This document shows, one piece after another, positions 34,741 to 46,792 of a stretch of 48,107 nucleotides of DNA. Every line of letters starts with the position of its first letter. Position 1 is the stretch's first letter. Source of the stretch: Chiloscyllium plagiosum. Lineage: Eukaryota. The notes under the pieces are model-generated. The model saw only the letters and a program-made list of their open reading frames with translations. It was not told where the DNA came from and searched no databases. The translations under genes were made by a program, and so were the position numbers. The stretch is taken from NCBI RefSeq assembly GCF_004010195.1, contig NC_057719.1:75842064-75890170 (forward strand), given 5' to 3'.

Positions 34741-37050
34741 GAGAGTAGAGTCAAGAGTGTGGTACTGGAAAAGCACAGCAGGTCAGGCAGCATCCGGGCA
34801 GCAGGAAAATCAATGTTCTGGGCAAAAGTCCTTCATCAGGAATGAGGCTGGGAGCCTTGGGGGTGGAGAGATAAATAGGAGGGAGTGTGGGGCTGGGGAG
34901 AAAGTAGCTGAGAGTGCATTAGCTGGATGGAGGTGGGGTAAAGGTGATAGCTCAGAGAGGAGGATTGAGTGGATAAATGAGGAGGAAGATTCACAGGTGG
35001 GACAGGTCATGAGGTGCGGTGCTGAGCTGGAAGGTTGGAATTAGGGTAAGGTGAGGGGATGGGAAATGAGGAAATTGGTAAAGTCCACATTGATGCCATA
35101 GAGTTGAAGGGTCCCGAGGCAGAAGATGAGGATTTCTTCCTCCAGGCATCGGATGGTGAGGGAGTGGCAGTGGAGGAGGCCTTGGAACCTGCATGTGCTC
35201 GGCAGAGTGGGAGGGGGAGTTGACGTGTTGGGTTATGGGGCAGTGGGGTTGGATGGTGCGGGTGTTCCGGGCATGTGCTCTACAAGTAGGTATCCAGTCT
35301 CCCCAATGTAGAGGAGACCGCATTGGGAGCAACGGATACAATAAATGATATTGGTGGATGTGCAGGTGAAACTTTGATGGATGTGGAAGGCTCCTTTGGG
35401 GCCTTGGATGGATGTGAGGCGGAGGTATGGCTGCAAGTTTTGTAATTCCTGCGGTGGCAGGGGAAGGTGCTGGGAGGGGAGTGTGGGTTGTTGGGGGGTG
35501 TGGAGCTGACGACACACTCGCAGAGGGAACGGTCTTTACGGAAAGTGGATAGGGTGGGGATGGAAATATATCTCTGGTGATGGGGTCCGTTTGTATGTAG
35601 CAGAAATGTCGGTGGAATGATGCGGAGGTTGGTGGGATGGAAGGTGAGGTCCAGGGGGTTTCTGTCCTTGTTGCGGTTGGAGGGGTGGGATTCGAGGGCA
35701 GAGGTGCAGGAAGTGGATGAGATGCGCTGGAGGGCATCATCAACCACGTGGGAGGAGAAATTGTGGTCTTTAAAGAAGGAGGCCATGTGGTGTGTTCTGT
35801 GTTGGCACAGGTCCTCCTGGGAGCAGATATAGCGGAGGCAGAGGAATTGGGAATAAGGGATATCATTTCTGTAGGAGGCAGGGTGGGAGGAGGTGCAATC
35901 CAGGTAGCTGTGGGAGTTGGTGTGTTTGTAGAAAATGTCAGTGTTGCGTCGGTCACCGTTGATGAAGATGGAGAGGTCCACGAAGGGGAGAGAAATGTCT
36001 GAGATGGTCCAAGTGAATTTAAGGTCGGGATGGAAGGTGTTGGTAAAGTTGATGAACTGTTCAACCTCCTCATGGGAGCACGAGGTGGCACCGATGCAAT
36101 CATCAATGTAGCGGAGGAAGAGGTGGGGAGTGGTGCCGGTGTAACTGCGTAAGATGGACTGTTCCATGTAGCCGACAAAGAGACAGGCATAGCTGGGGCC
36201 CATGCAGGTGCCCATGGCTACCAGTTTCATCTAGAGGAAGTGGGAAGATTCAAAGGAGAAATTATTGAGGGTGAGGATCGGTTCAACCAAATGAATAAGA
36301 GTGTCAGTGGACAGATACTGTTGGGGATATCAGGAGAGAAAGAAACAGAGGGCTTGGAGGCCCTGTTCATGGTGGATGGAGGTGTACAGGGACTGGATGT
36401 CCATCCATCCATCCACCATGAACATTCATCTGCAGTTCCACATATGTCATTTACTATATCTGTTGCTCCCGGTGTGGTCTCCTCTACCTTGGGGAGACAG
36501 GACGCCTACTCACAGAGCGCTTCAGAGAACATCTCTGGGACACCCGCACCAACCAACCCCACCGTCCCATGGCCCAACACTTCTACTCCCCCTCCCACTC
36601 TACCGAGGATGTGCAGGTCCTGGGCCTCCTCCACCTCCGCCACTTCCTCACCATCTGACATCTGGAGAAAGAACGCCTCATCTTCTGCCTCGTGACCCTT
36701 CAACCCCATGGCATCAATGTGGACTTCACCAGTTTCCTCATTTCCTCTCCTCCCACCTTACCCCAGTTCCAACCTTCCAGCTCAGCATTGTCCTCTTGAC
36801 CTGGCCCATCTGTCCATCTTCTTTCCCACTTATCTACACCATGCTCCCCTCCGACTTATCACAATTACCCCCACCTCCATCCACCTAATGCACACACAGC
36901 TACCTTCTCCCCAGATCCACCCCCCTCCCATTTATCTCTCCACCCCTGAGGCCACCAGCCTAATTCCTGATGAAGGGCCTTTGCTCGATTTTCCTGCTCC
37001 TCAGATGCTGCCTGACCTGCTGTGATTCTCCAGCACCATACTCTTTGGTC
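34741..37050. mobile_element. Second composite inverted Penelope-like element
   Basis: Minus arm 34741-~36402 (terminal repeat, GIY-YIG, RT); plus arm ~36425-37050 (GIY-YIG, terminal repeat with CTGATGAAGGGC). Confidence 0.9.
35100..36400 (-). pseudogene. Penelope-type reverse transcriptase plus GIY-YIG endonuclease, frameshifted
   Basis: VAMGTCMGPSYACLF, FLRYIDDCIG, LPFVDL and IFYKHT motifs; FTCTSTNIIYCIRCSQCGLLYIGET. Confidence 0.92.
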
Positions 37051-37063
37051 TTTGTTAATATTT

Positions 37064-40000
37064 TGCTGTTTGAATTCATGCATCGCTGGACATCAGAGTG
37101 TGTCTGGGAAAATTAACAAACAGTGAAATTCACAACTGATCTTGGAGGAACTATTTGGGTGAAGTCACAGCACAGAAACAGATAAGTCAACAGTTTTAAG
37201 TGTGGCCTACAGGAAGTCTGCAGTAGTGTGCAGAGTGGGTTCTTTCTTGATTGTATGTTTTTTGAGATATGTCTCTTGATTAAACGTAAAATATAAGCCA
37301 TAACTATTAATGTAACCTGGAACTGTGTTTTGTAGAAGAATAAGATAATGTTATTTTCTGAGTCTGTAGATTGTGAAGGAGCAAAAATGGCCTTTAGTAT
37401 AGTGACATGTGCTTCTTGTCAGATGTGGGAGTTTAAGGAGAGTTTACAGGTTACTGTGGATTATATCTGCAATAAGTGCTGTTGGTTGCGAATCCTATCA
37501 GATCAAATGGATCGATTAGAGAGGCAATTGGAGGCAATGAGGAATTTGCAACAGCAACGATATGTGATGGATGGCAGTTATAGGAAGGGGGGAAAGTCGC
37601 AGATACAGTCACATAGATGGGTTAACTCCATGAAAGGTAAGAGAGGTAGGCAGCTAGTGCAGGAGCTTTCTGTGGCTGTCCCCATTTCGAACAAGTATGC
37701 TGTTTTCGAAAATGTAGGGGATGATGGATTCTCAGGGGAACGTAGCACAAACAGCCAAGTTTCTGGTATTGAGACTGGCTCGAATGCAATGAAGGGACGT
37801 CGGGTTCCAAGAGATCAATGGTGTTAGGGGATTCTCTAATCCGAGGTACAGACAGCCGTTTCTGTGACCAGCGGCAAAAAATCAGAATGGTGTGTTGCTT
37901 CCCTGGTGCAAGGGTCAAGGATGTCTCAGAGAGGGTGCAGAATGTTCTCACGGGGGAGCAGGGCGAGTAGGAGGTAATTATCCACATTGGAACCAATGAC
38001 ATAGGAGGGGAAAAGGTTGCGATTCTGAAGAGAGCAAATAGAGAGTTAGGCAGGAATTTATAAAGGAGGTCCTCGAGAGTAGTAACATCTGGATTACTCC
38101 TGGTGCTACGAGCTAGTGAGGGCAGGAATAGGAGGATAGAGCAGATGAATGCATGGCTGAGGAGCTGATGTATGGAAGAAGGATCCACATTTTTGGATTA
38201 TTGGAATCTCTTTTGGGGTAGAAGTGACCTGTACAAGAAGGACGGATTGCACCTAAATTGGAAGGAGACCAATATACTGGCAGGGAAATTTGCTAGAGCT
38301 GCTCGGAAGGATTTAAATGAGTAAGGTGGGGGGTGGGACCCAGGGAGATAGTGGGGAAAGAGATCAATCTGAGACGGGTACAGTTGAGAACAAAAGCAAG
38401 TAAAACAGTCAGGGCAGTCATGGACAAGGTTGGACTAATAAATTAAACTGCATTTATTTCAATGCAAGGGGCCTAACAGGGAAGGCAAATGAACTCAGGG
38501 CATGGTTAGGAACATGGGGCTGGGATATCATAGCAATTATGGAAACATGGCTCAGGGATGGACAGGACTGGCAGCTTAATGTTCCAGGATACAAATGCTA
38601 CAGGAAGGATAGAAAAGAGGCAAGAGAGGAGAATAATAGGGTGGTTATGGTAGGGGATTTTAACTTTCCAAACGTAGACTGGGGCTGCCATAGTGTTAAG
38701 GGTTTAGATGGAGAGGAATTTGTTAAGTGTGTACAAGAAAATTTTCTGATTCAGTATGTGGACGTACCTACTAGAGAAGGTACAAAACTTGACCTACTCT
38801 TGGGAAATAAGGCAGGGCAGGTGACTGAGGGTCAGTGGGAGAGCAGTTTGGGGCGAGCGACCATAATTCTATTAGATTTAAAATAGTGATGGAAAAGGAT
38901 AGACCAGATCGAAAAGTTAATGTTCTAAATTGGAGGAAGGCCAATTTTTATGGTATTAGGCAAGAACTTTCAGAAGCTGATTGGGTGAAGGGAGGGGAGG
39001 GGGGGAGGGGCGGATGTTCGCAGGTAAAGGGATGGCTGGAAAATGGGAAGCCTTCAAAACTGAGATAACGAGAATCCAGAGGAACTATATCCCTGTCAGG
39101 GTGAAAGGAAAGGCTGGTAGGTATAGGGAATGCTGGATGACTAAAGAACTTGAGGGTTTGTTTAAGAAAAAGAAGGAAGCATATGTCAGGTATAGACAGG
39201 ATAAATCGAGTGAATCCTTAGAAGAGCAGGTATAGACAGGATAAATCGAGTGAATCCTTAGAAGAGTATAAAGGTAGTGGAGTATACATAAGAGGGAAAT
39301 CAGGAGGGCAGAAAGGGGACATGAGATAGCTTTGGCAAATAGAATTAAGAAGAATCCAAAGGGTTTTTGCAAGTATATTAAGGACAGAGGGGTAACTAGG
39401 GAGAGAATATGTCTCCTCAAAGATCAACAAGGTGGACTTTGTGTGGAGCTGCAGAAAATGGGGGAGGTACTAAACGCGTTATTTTGCATCAGTATTTACT
39501 CTGGAACAGGACATGGAAGATATAGAATGTAGGGAAATAAATGGTGACTTCTTGAAAAATGTCCATATTACAGAGGAGGAAGTGCTGGATGTCTTGCAAC
39601 GCATAAAGATGGATAAATCCCCAAGACCTGGTAAGGTGTACCCTAGAACTTTGTGGGAAGCTAGGGAAGTGATTGCTGGGCCTGTTGCTGAGATATTTGT
39701 ATCATCAATAGTCACAGGTGAAGACTGGAGATTGGCTAACGTGGTGCCACTGTTTAAGAAGGGTGGTAAGGACAAGCCAGGGAACTATAGACCAGTGAGT
39801 CTGAAATCGGTGGTGGGCAAGTTGTTGGAGGGAATCCTGAGGGACACGATGTACATGTATTCGGAAAGGCAATGATTAATTAGGGATAGTCAACATGGCT
39901 TTGTGCATGGGAAATCATGTCTCACAAACTTGCTTGAATTTTTTGAAGAAGTAACAAAGAGGATTGATGAGGGCAGAGCAGTAGATGTGATCTGTATGGA

Positions 40001-41188
40001 CTTCAGTAAGGCGTTTGACAAGGTTCCCCATGGGAGACTGATTAGCAAGGTTAGATCTCATGGAATACAGGGAGAACTAGCCATTTGGATGGAGAACTAG
40101 CCATTTGGATACAGAACTGGCTCAATGGTAGAAGACAGAGAGTGGTGGAGGAGGGTTGTTTTTCAGACTGGAGGCCTGTGACCAGTGAAGTTCCACAAGG
40201 AACGGTGCTGGGTCCTCTACTTTTCATCATTTATATAAATGATTTGGATGCGAGCATAAGAGGTATAGTTAGTAAGTTTGCAGATGACACCAAAATTGGA
40301 GGTGTAGTGGACAGCAAAGAAAGTTACCTCAGATTACAACAGGATCTTGATCAGATAGGCCAATGGGCTGAGAAGTGGAAGATGGAGATTAATTCAGATA
40401 AATGAGAGGTGCTGCATTTTGGGAAAGCAAATCTTAGCAGGACTTATACACTTAATGGTAAAGTCTTAGGGAGTATTGCTGAACAAAGAGACCTTGGTGT
40501 GCAGTTCATATCTCCTTGAAAGTGAAGTCGCAGGTAGATAGGATAGTGAAGAAGATGTTTGGTATACTTTCTTTTATCGGTCAGAGTACTGAGTACAGGA
40601 GTTGGGAGGTCATGTTGCGGCTGTACAGGACACTGGTTGGAATATTGTGTGCAATTCTGGTCTCCTTCATATCAGGAAGATGTTATGAAACTTGAAAGGT
40701 TTCAGAAAAGATTTATAAGGCTGTTGCCAGGGTTGGAGGATTTGAGGTATAGGGAGAGGCTGAACAGGCTGGGGCTGTTTTCCCTGGAGCATCAGAGGCT
40801 GAGGGATGATCTTAAAAAGGTTTACAAAATTATGAGGGGCATGGATAGGATAAATAGGGAAAGCCTTTTCCCTGAGGTGGGGGAGTCCAGAACTTGAGGG
40901 CATCGGTTTAGGGTGAGAGGGGAAAGATACAAAAGAGACCTAAGGGGCAACGTTTTCACGCAGAGGTACGTGTATGTAATGAGCTGCCAGAGGATGTGGT
41001 GGAGGCTGGTACAATTGCAACATTTAAAAGGCATTTGGATGGGTATATGAATAGGAAGGGTTTGGAGGGATATGGGCTGGGTGCTGGCAGGTGGGACTAG
41101 ATTGGGTTGAGATATCTGGTCGGCATGGACGGGTTGGACTGAAAGGTCTGTACATCTCTATGGATCTATGATTCTATGACTCTATGAC
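37064..41188 (+). mobile_element. CR1 copy C, near full length (first ~280 bp of 5' UTR missing), inactivated
   Basis: UTR matches 14577 onward. ORF1 from 37387 (CASCQMWE...CNKC); ORF2 with GDFNFP and FADDTK (40277-40294); (CTATGAYT)n tail. Confidence 0.93.
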
Positions 41189-41739
41189 ATCATTCCTGTA
41201 TGTGATGACTTGTGACCAAGATTGCAAATTTCATTTGTCATTATATATGCATTTTGCACATACTCTCGAAATACATTTCAGACTGCTTGCTGTCTGGTCC
41301 TTCCAACTTCTGAGCTATTCCTTACCCGTAATATTTGCCTCTCTCAGTCCTCTCTGCATCTTGAGGAGCCTGTTGTATGTTTCACTCTGGTGCCCACTCT
41401 CATCTCACTCTGACTGTTCCTCTACCCCCTGACATTTTCAACACCTCTCATTCAAAGTGTCTTGTGCCTTCATAACCATGTCCTTTACCCTGCCACCACG
41501 GGAGGAACGTGTCACTGTACTGATGTGTTCACATGTCCCTAGCTAATCAATTCTTGTTACATTTGCATTGTCCTAAGCATCACTTTGTCTCCCTGTATAG
41601 GCCTTTACTATATAGTCCAATGCACCCCCCCTACCCTTCTACTTCCCACCCCACCAAGGAGGTTCATCCCGCACTGCTAAGTAAACTGCACACTTTTACA
41701 GGATTCCTGCACTGCCTATCTCTTCCTACCCTCCTGAAT

Positions 41740-41925
41740 ATGACCAGATGACACCAGGTTGTAGTCTGACAGGTTGTTTTGAAATCACAAGCTTTCGGAG
41801 TGCTGAGGTGTGACTTCACCTGATGAAGAGGCAGCCTCTGAAATTTCAAATAAACCTGTTGGACTATAACCTGGTGTTCTCTGCCTTCTGAACCTTGTCC
41901 ACCTCAGTCTAACACCTCCACATCA
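41740..41925. mobile_element. Degenerate Penelope family B fold-back mini-element
   Basis: ACACCAGGTTGTAGTCTGACAGGTT is inverted to AACCTGTTGGACTATAACCTGGTGT, with a CACCTGATGAAG core. Degenerate TSD TA(C/T)CCT(C/T)CTGAAT at 41727-41739 and 41926-41938. Confidence 0.75.
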
Positions 41926-42451
41926 TATCCTTCTGAATGCCTACCACCTTACTGCCCTGAGTGAAATGTTTACCTTGATATGTATGCAGATATTTATTTA
42001 AATATATGGCACTGTCATAAAGGATATGTGAATCCAAAATGTTTAATTGCGATACAAATGCGAATGTTCTTTCTCGAGTAGGCTTCCTGAAATGAATCCT
42101 AGAGCGTCAAATCTAAAGGAAGCCATTCAACTGATTGTGTCTGAAAACCCACTACCTCCAAAGATCGCACCTGTTTATCTACTCACTTGAAACAGCTTGG
42201 AAACTATTCTCTCACAAAATAGTCCATGTTCCAACAATTCTCTGTGGAAAATCTCCATGAAATATTTAGCAGGGACAAACTTTATTCACTTTCAATCTAT
42301 TAAAACATACACTTTTGGAATTATCATGGAAACAATGGCTACAAAGCAATGAGTCCGGCTGCTATTCATTATCACTGTTCCTTAGTTAGAAATTTTAAGC
42401 AAAGAATTTTTTCTCATCTTTTTAAAATGTTTAGGTTAAGTTTTACGCTTC

Positions 42452-42730
42452 ATAAAATCCCTACAGCGTGGAAGCAAGCCATTCGGCCATTGAGTCCACA
42501 CCAACCCTCTGAAGAGGGTCCCACCCTTACCGGCCCCCTATGAAACTGCATTTCCTCTGGCGAGCCCAGCCAGCCTGCACATTCCTGGACACTATGGGCA
42601 ATTTAACATGGCCAATCCACCGAGCCTGCACTTCTTTGCACCGTGGGACGAAATCGGAGGAAAACATCGCGGACACAGGGAACATGTGCAAACCCCACAC
42701 AGATAGTCACCGGAGGATGGAATCCAACTT
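42452..42730 (-). mobile_element. Degenerate HE1-like SINE
   Basis: GGGCAATTTAACATGGCCAATCCAC, GGACACAGGGAACATGTGCAAAC. Confidence 0.8.
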
Positions 42731-43792
42731 CAGGAATGATGTATTAAACAAACAACCTAATGCCTGAGCTGTGCCAGTTTATTATCATGTGGAAACTCTG
42801 CAGGTTTATTTTTGATTAATATTTGCCAGGTAGAATGAACATATGGTATTCACTCCAGAGATGCCATACATTCTGGATGCTGTTTATCACCTCCTGAGAT
42901 GGACAAATGTCATTCATTCATTTATTCATTCATCATTTGCCAGTTTGATTGTTTGAAGTGATTGTTTTCACCACCTGCTGTGGGACAAGAGCCTGTCAGT
43001 TGCACTCTGGAACTTGGGCAATCCTCAAAATGTTGTCACAATTGGTGGGGTGCTGACGGTGGAAATGTTACGGCAATTTAATGACATGACATTCATGTTT
43101 AGGATAACTGTGCATGAGCTGAACATTACCAAGATTTGCCCCAGCTCAGCATTGACTACCTGCTTAAACTTTTGATAGATTTATTTTTAACACGAGGACC
43201 AATGCTTAGGGATATCCACTTGTAATTGACTTTTATTGGTTCAATAGCTAGCTTTTGGGGGTGAGGATTCCTCCTTCAGATAGAAGTTTACGGCTGAAAG
43301 CATTTCAGTCAGTGGAGAGCAACTCCAGGGTTGGTGGATACTGCTAATTAGCTCAATTGCCAGTCTTCATGTTGAGTGTTAGCAGGCTGGGTAACTTTGG
43401 TTGGAGAGAGGAGATGGTGTTACATTGGAATATTAATGATTCACAGGCACTCACCTTCCAGCATGGGTTGTTTGATACCGACACACTATTTAAAATGGCT
43501 TCAGTGAGTGAGTATTGATGGAATTTTATATTCTCTGTTGAATAGTGCACAAGAAGAAACAGCTACTCACTGTGTGGAAGTTGAATTAGATATTATGAAA
43601 TTCTGTACTGTGTGATCACTTTTATGATGCCCTTAAAATAATTTAAAGAACATTATTAAACAAAATTTTAAATAAAAAAAAACACGCTGAATGGGTTTTG
43701 GTGAGTTTGCATCCTGGCATGTGAGTTTTTGAGGCTTTCGAGGTATGGAGGGCTTAAGATGGAAAAAGTGGCCAGGTGAGTATTGGAATAAA

Positions 43793-44108
43793 TCCAGAAA
43801 TTGCTGGAGAAACTCAGCAGGATGTGGCAGCATCTGTGGAGAGAGAGAAAAACAGAGCTAAGACGTTGAGTCCAATGACTTGTGTAGTTAAGTCTCTGCG
43901 TGCGTGATGTAGGTAAGACAAGCAAACTCAGATAATGTATCACTGTGAGTAATGTGGGAGTCAGGCATTAACTAATTTATTATCTTACCAGTACCACCGC
44001 CACAAGCCTTTCCACTCAGAGACAAGTGGTTCCATATCTTGAGAGGCTCTGCTTTCTCTCCACAGATGCGGCCAGAGCTGCTGAGTTTCTCCAGCAATTT
44101 CTGTTTTA
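43793..44108. mobile_element. Penelope family C inverted terminal repeats around a ~165 bp spacer
   Basis: CAGAAATTGCTGGAGAAACTCAGCAG...CATCTGTGGAGAGA is inverted to TCTCTCCACAGATG...CTGCTGAGTTTCTCCAGCAATTTCTG. Confidence 0.7.
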
Positions 44109-44169
44109 ATTGCCCTGAGTGTGGATATGGACACATGTCAGTTATGTTCAGAGCAGCTGTGCTGATTTC

Positions 44170-44758
44170 AGTATTGGAGTTGAGACGTCATGTTGGGGTT
44201 GCATAGAATGTTGGTGAGGCCTCCTCTGGAGTACTGTGTGTGGTTCTGCTTGCCCTGTTACGGCAAGGATCTTATTAAACTGGAGGGGGGGTTCAGGAGA
44301 GATTTACCAGGATCCTGTTGGGATTGGAGAGTTTGCGTTACAAAAAAATAACTGGATAGGCTTTCACTGGGATATAGGAGGTTGAGGTATAGAGATTTAT
44401 AAAATCTTGAGGGGCATAGATAAGGTGAATAGCAAATGTCTTTCTCCCAAAGGTAGGGGAGTTCAAAACCAGGAGATATATTTTTAAGATGAGAGGAGAA
44501 AGATTTAAAAAGGACATGAGGACCAACATTTTTACACAGAGAGTGGTTTGTGTTTGGAACGAACTGCCAGAGGAAGTGGTGGATGCAGATACAGTGACTA
44601 TGTTTGAAAGACATTTGAATAAGTTAATGAATAGGAAAGGTTTGGAGGGATATGAGTCAAGCACAGGCAGGTAGGAGTGGTTTAGTTTGGGAACATAGTT
44701 GGCATGGAATACTTGGACCGAAGGATCTGTTTCCATGCTGTATGACTCTATGACTCTG
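44170..44758 (+). mobile_element. CR1 3' fragment
   Basis: FTQRVVCVWNELPEEVV; TATGACTCTATGACTCT tail. Confidence 0.88.
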
Positions 44759-44761
44759 TAG

Positions 44762-44990
44762 CCGATCTTGTGGTGCAGTGATCATGTGAGCTCAGAGGTC
44801 CCGGAGAAATTAAGGACTGCAGATGCTGGAGATCAGAATTGAGGGTATGGTGCTGGAAAAGCACAGCAGGTCAGGCAGCATCTGAGGAGCAGGAGAATTC
44901 ACGTTTCATCAGGAATGAGGTTTTGGTTAAAGTCCCACCTGCCCCAGAGCTTTGTCATAATCTCTTTAACCAGGTTAATTAGAAAGTATC
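44762..44990 (+). mobile_element. tRNA-SINE head split by a Penelope family A terminal fragment (~44803-44924)
   Basis: A-box-like GTGGTGCAGTG at ~44770 and B-box-like GGTTAAAGTCCC at ~44926, separated by GGAGAAATTAAGGACTGCAGATGCTGG...TTCATCAGGAATGAGG. Confidence 0.6.
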
Positions 44991-45317
44991 AAACCACTTT
45001 CCCCAGGGGCTATCTGAGAGAACAGGAGAGCAGTCTGGAGTTTGTGTCAAACGGAACAGAGTGAATAGACAGTTGAAGAGACAGTCTAACTCCTGCCATT
45101 TAATTTGATAGATACATATTTACTGTATAAACAAACTAATCTTTTACCTACACTAAAATATTATCAACACATTAAGTTCCTGTCTTGTATAATAATCTTT
45201 TATGTGGCAATTTACTGAATTCCTTTTAGAAGTCCAAAAGTACCACAAATATTGTTTCCCCTTATCTATCCTGCATTTTACATCCTCAAAGAACTCAATA
45301 AATTTACTGAACAGTTT

Positions 45318-45673
45318 CCCCATTTCCCCTCCCCCCACATTATCCCAGTCCTAACCTCCAAAATTGGCACCGCTCCCTCTTGAACAGTCCTACCTGTCCA
45401 TCTTCCTTCCCACCTATCCACTCCACCTTCCTCTTCGATCTATCACCTTCACCCTTCCTTCATTTACCTATCGCATTCTCAGCTTCTTTCCCCCAGTCCT
45501 ACTCCCCTCCCATTTATCTCTGAGCCCCCTTGGCCCCCAAGCCTCATTCCTGAAGAAGAGCTTATACCCGAAATGTCGACTCTCCTGCTCCTCGGATGCT
45601 GACTGACCTGCTGTGCTTTTCCAGCACCACACTCTTTGACTCTGATCTCCAGCATCTGCAGTCCTCACTTTCT
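45318..45673 (+). mobile_element. Solo Penelope family A 3' terminal repeat
   Basis: Matches 34150-34476, with a decayed hammerhead CTGAAGAAGAGCTTATACCCGAAATGTC; ends CCTCACTTTCTC. Confidence 0.88.
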
Positions 45674-45699
45674 CAAAGTCTGTGTATTTGGCAGATGGT

Positions 45700-46000
45700 T
45701 TCTCACTTGACTTGCCAAAGTCTACCCATTGTGTTTACAGCACAAGTCAGGAGCGTGACAGAATATTCCCCTCTCTCCTAGACAGGTGCAGCTGTGGTAG
45801 TATCCAGGAAACTTAACACCATACAAAAACACTTTATCAGCACCTTAAATGACCACTCCATTGCAGCGTGGTGATAGTACATACTGGCCACTCACCAGGA
45901 CTTCTTTGCCAGTGCCTCAGAGTGTCCATCATTATGAAGGACAAGGAGTAAATGATTCCTTCCCAAGCTGCACAACACTGTTCTTCCACGGAACTACCTC
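45700..46000 (+). mobile_element. Old CR1/L2-group LINE fragment (same family as 1849-3860)
   Basis: AQVRSVTEYSPL peptide. Confidence 0.65.
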
Positions 46001-46154
46001 TGTCCCTCAGCTCTGTTGGAGCAATTATATGACACCAAGTGTTGTCGTTTGAAAAAAGGCTCATTGCCATCTTAACAAAGGAAAAGAGGATGGCCAGTCT
46101 TTTTAAGGCTCTGGGAAATTCCCTTCAACTGACCATAACATGAAGCACCTCATT

Positions 46155-46502
46155 ATGATGGCTCAGTGGTTAGCACTGCTGCCTCACAGCGGCAGGGACC
46201 CAGGTTTGATTCCAGCCTCAGGCGTCTGTCTGTGTGGAAATTGCACATTCTCCCTGTGTTTGCGTGGGTTTCCTCCTTGTGCTCCAGTATACCCCCACAA
46301 TCCGAAGGTGTGCACGTTAGGTGAATTGGCCATGCTAAATTGCCCATAGTGTTCAGGAATGTATAGATTTAAGTGCATTCGTCAGGGGTAAATGTAGAGT
46401 ATAGGGTAGGGGAATGGGTCTGGGTGGGATAGTCTTTGCAGGGTTGGTGTGGACTTGTTGGGCCAAATGGCCTGTTTCCACTCTGTAGGGATTCTATTCT
46501 AT
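46155..46502 (+). mobile_element. HE1-like V-SINE, full length
   Basis: TGGCTCAGTGGTTAGC A box, GGTTTGATTCC B box, V core and CR1-like tail. Confidence 0.92.
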
Positions 46503-46779
46503 ATTTAAATATGAGTTCCTTTCAAGATTTTTATTCTTGTGGATAAATTATCACACGTCCGAAAGTGCATTGGAAGAAAGAAAATCGGAAAAAAAAATCA
46601 AAGCAGGAATGTTTGTTATTGTAACAGGGTTTTGATACATTGTGGTGATTTCTTTTGCTGAGAATATTAACCAGCTTTATGTGTAGTAGCAAATTTGGCA
46701 TTTTCCATCGAACAAGAAGCCTGCCACTGAATTAATCATTCAAGCTTCTAAAAGTTAGGAAGCAGCATCCATTTTTACT

Positions 46780-46792
46780 GTTACCAGGCAAC
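46780..46792. promoter_or_regulatory. RFX X-box motif candidate
   Basis: GTTACCAGGCAAC fits GTNRCC-N-RGYAAC and lies in non-repetitive sequence. Confidence 0.35.

Noticed and set aside
34991..36190. 399-aa minus-strand Ser/Pro/Thr-rich ORF
   Set aside because: It is an alternative frame of the C-rich Penelope RT strand; the real motifs lie in the overlapping 35280-36230 frame.
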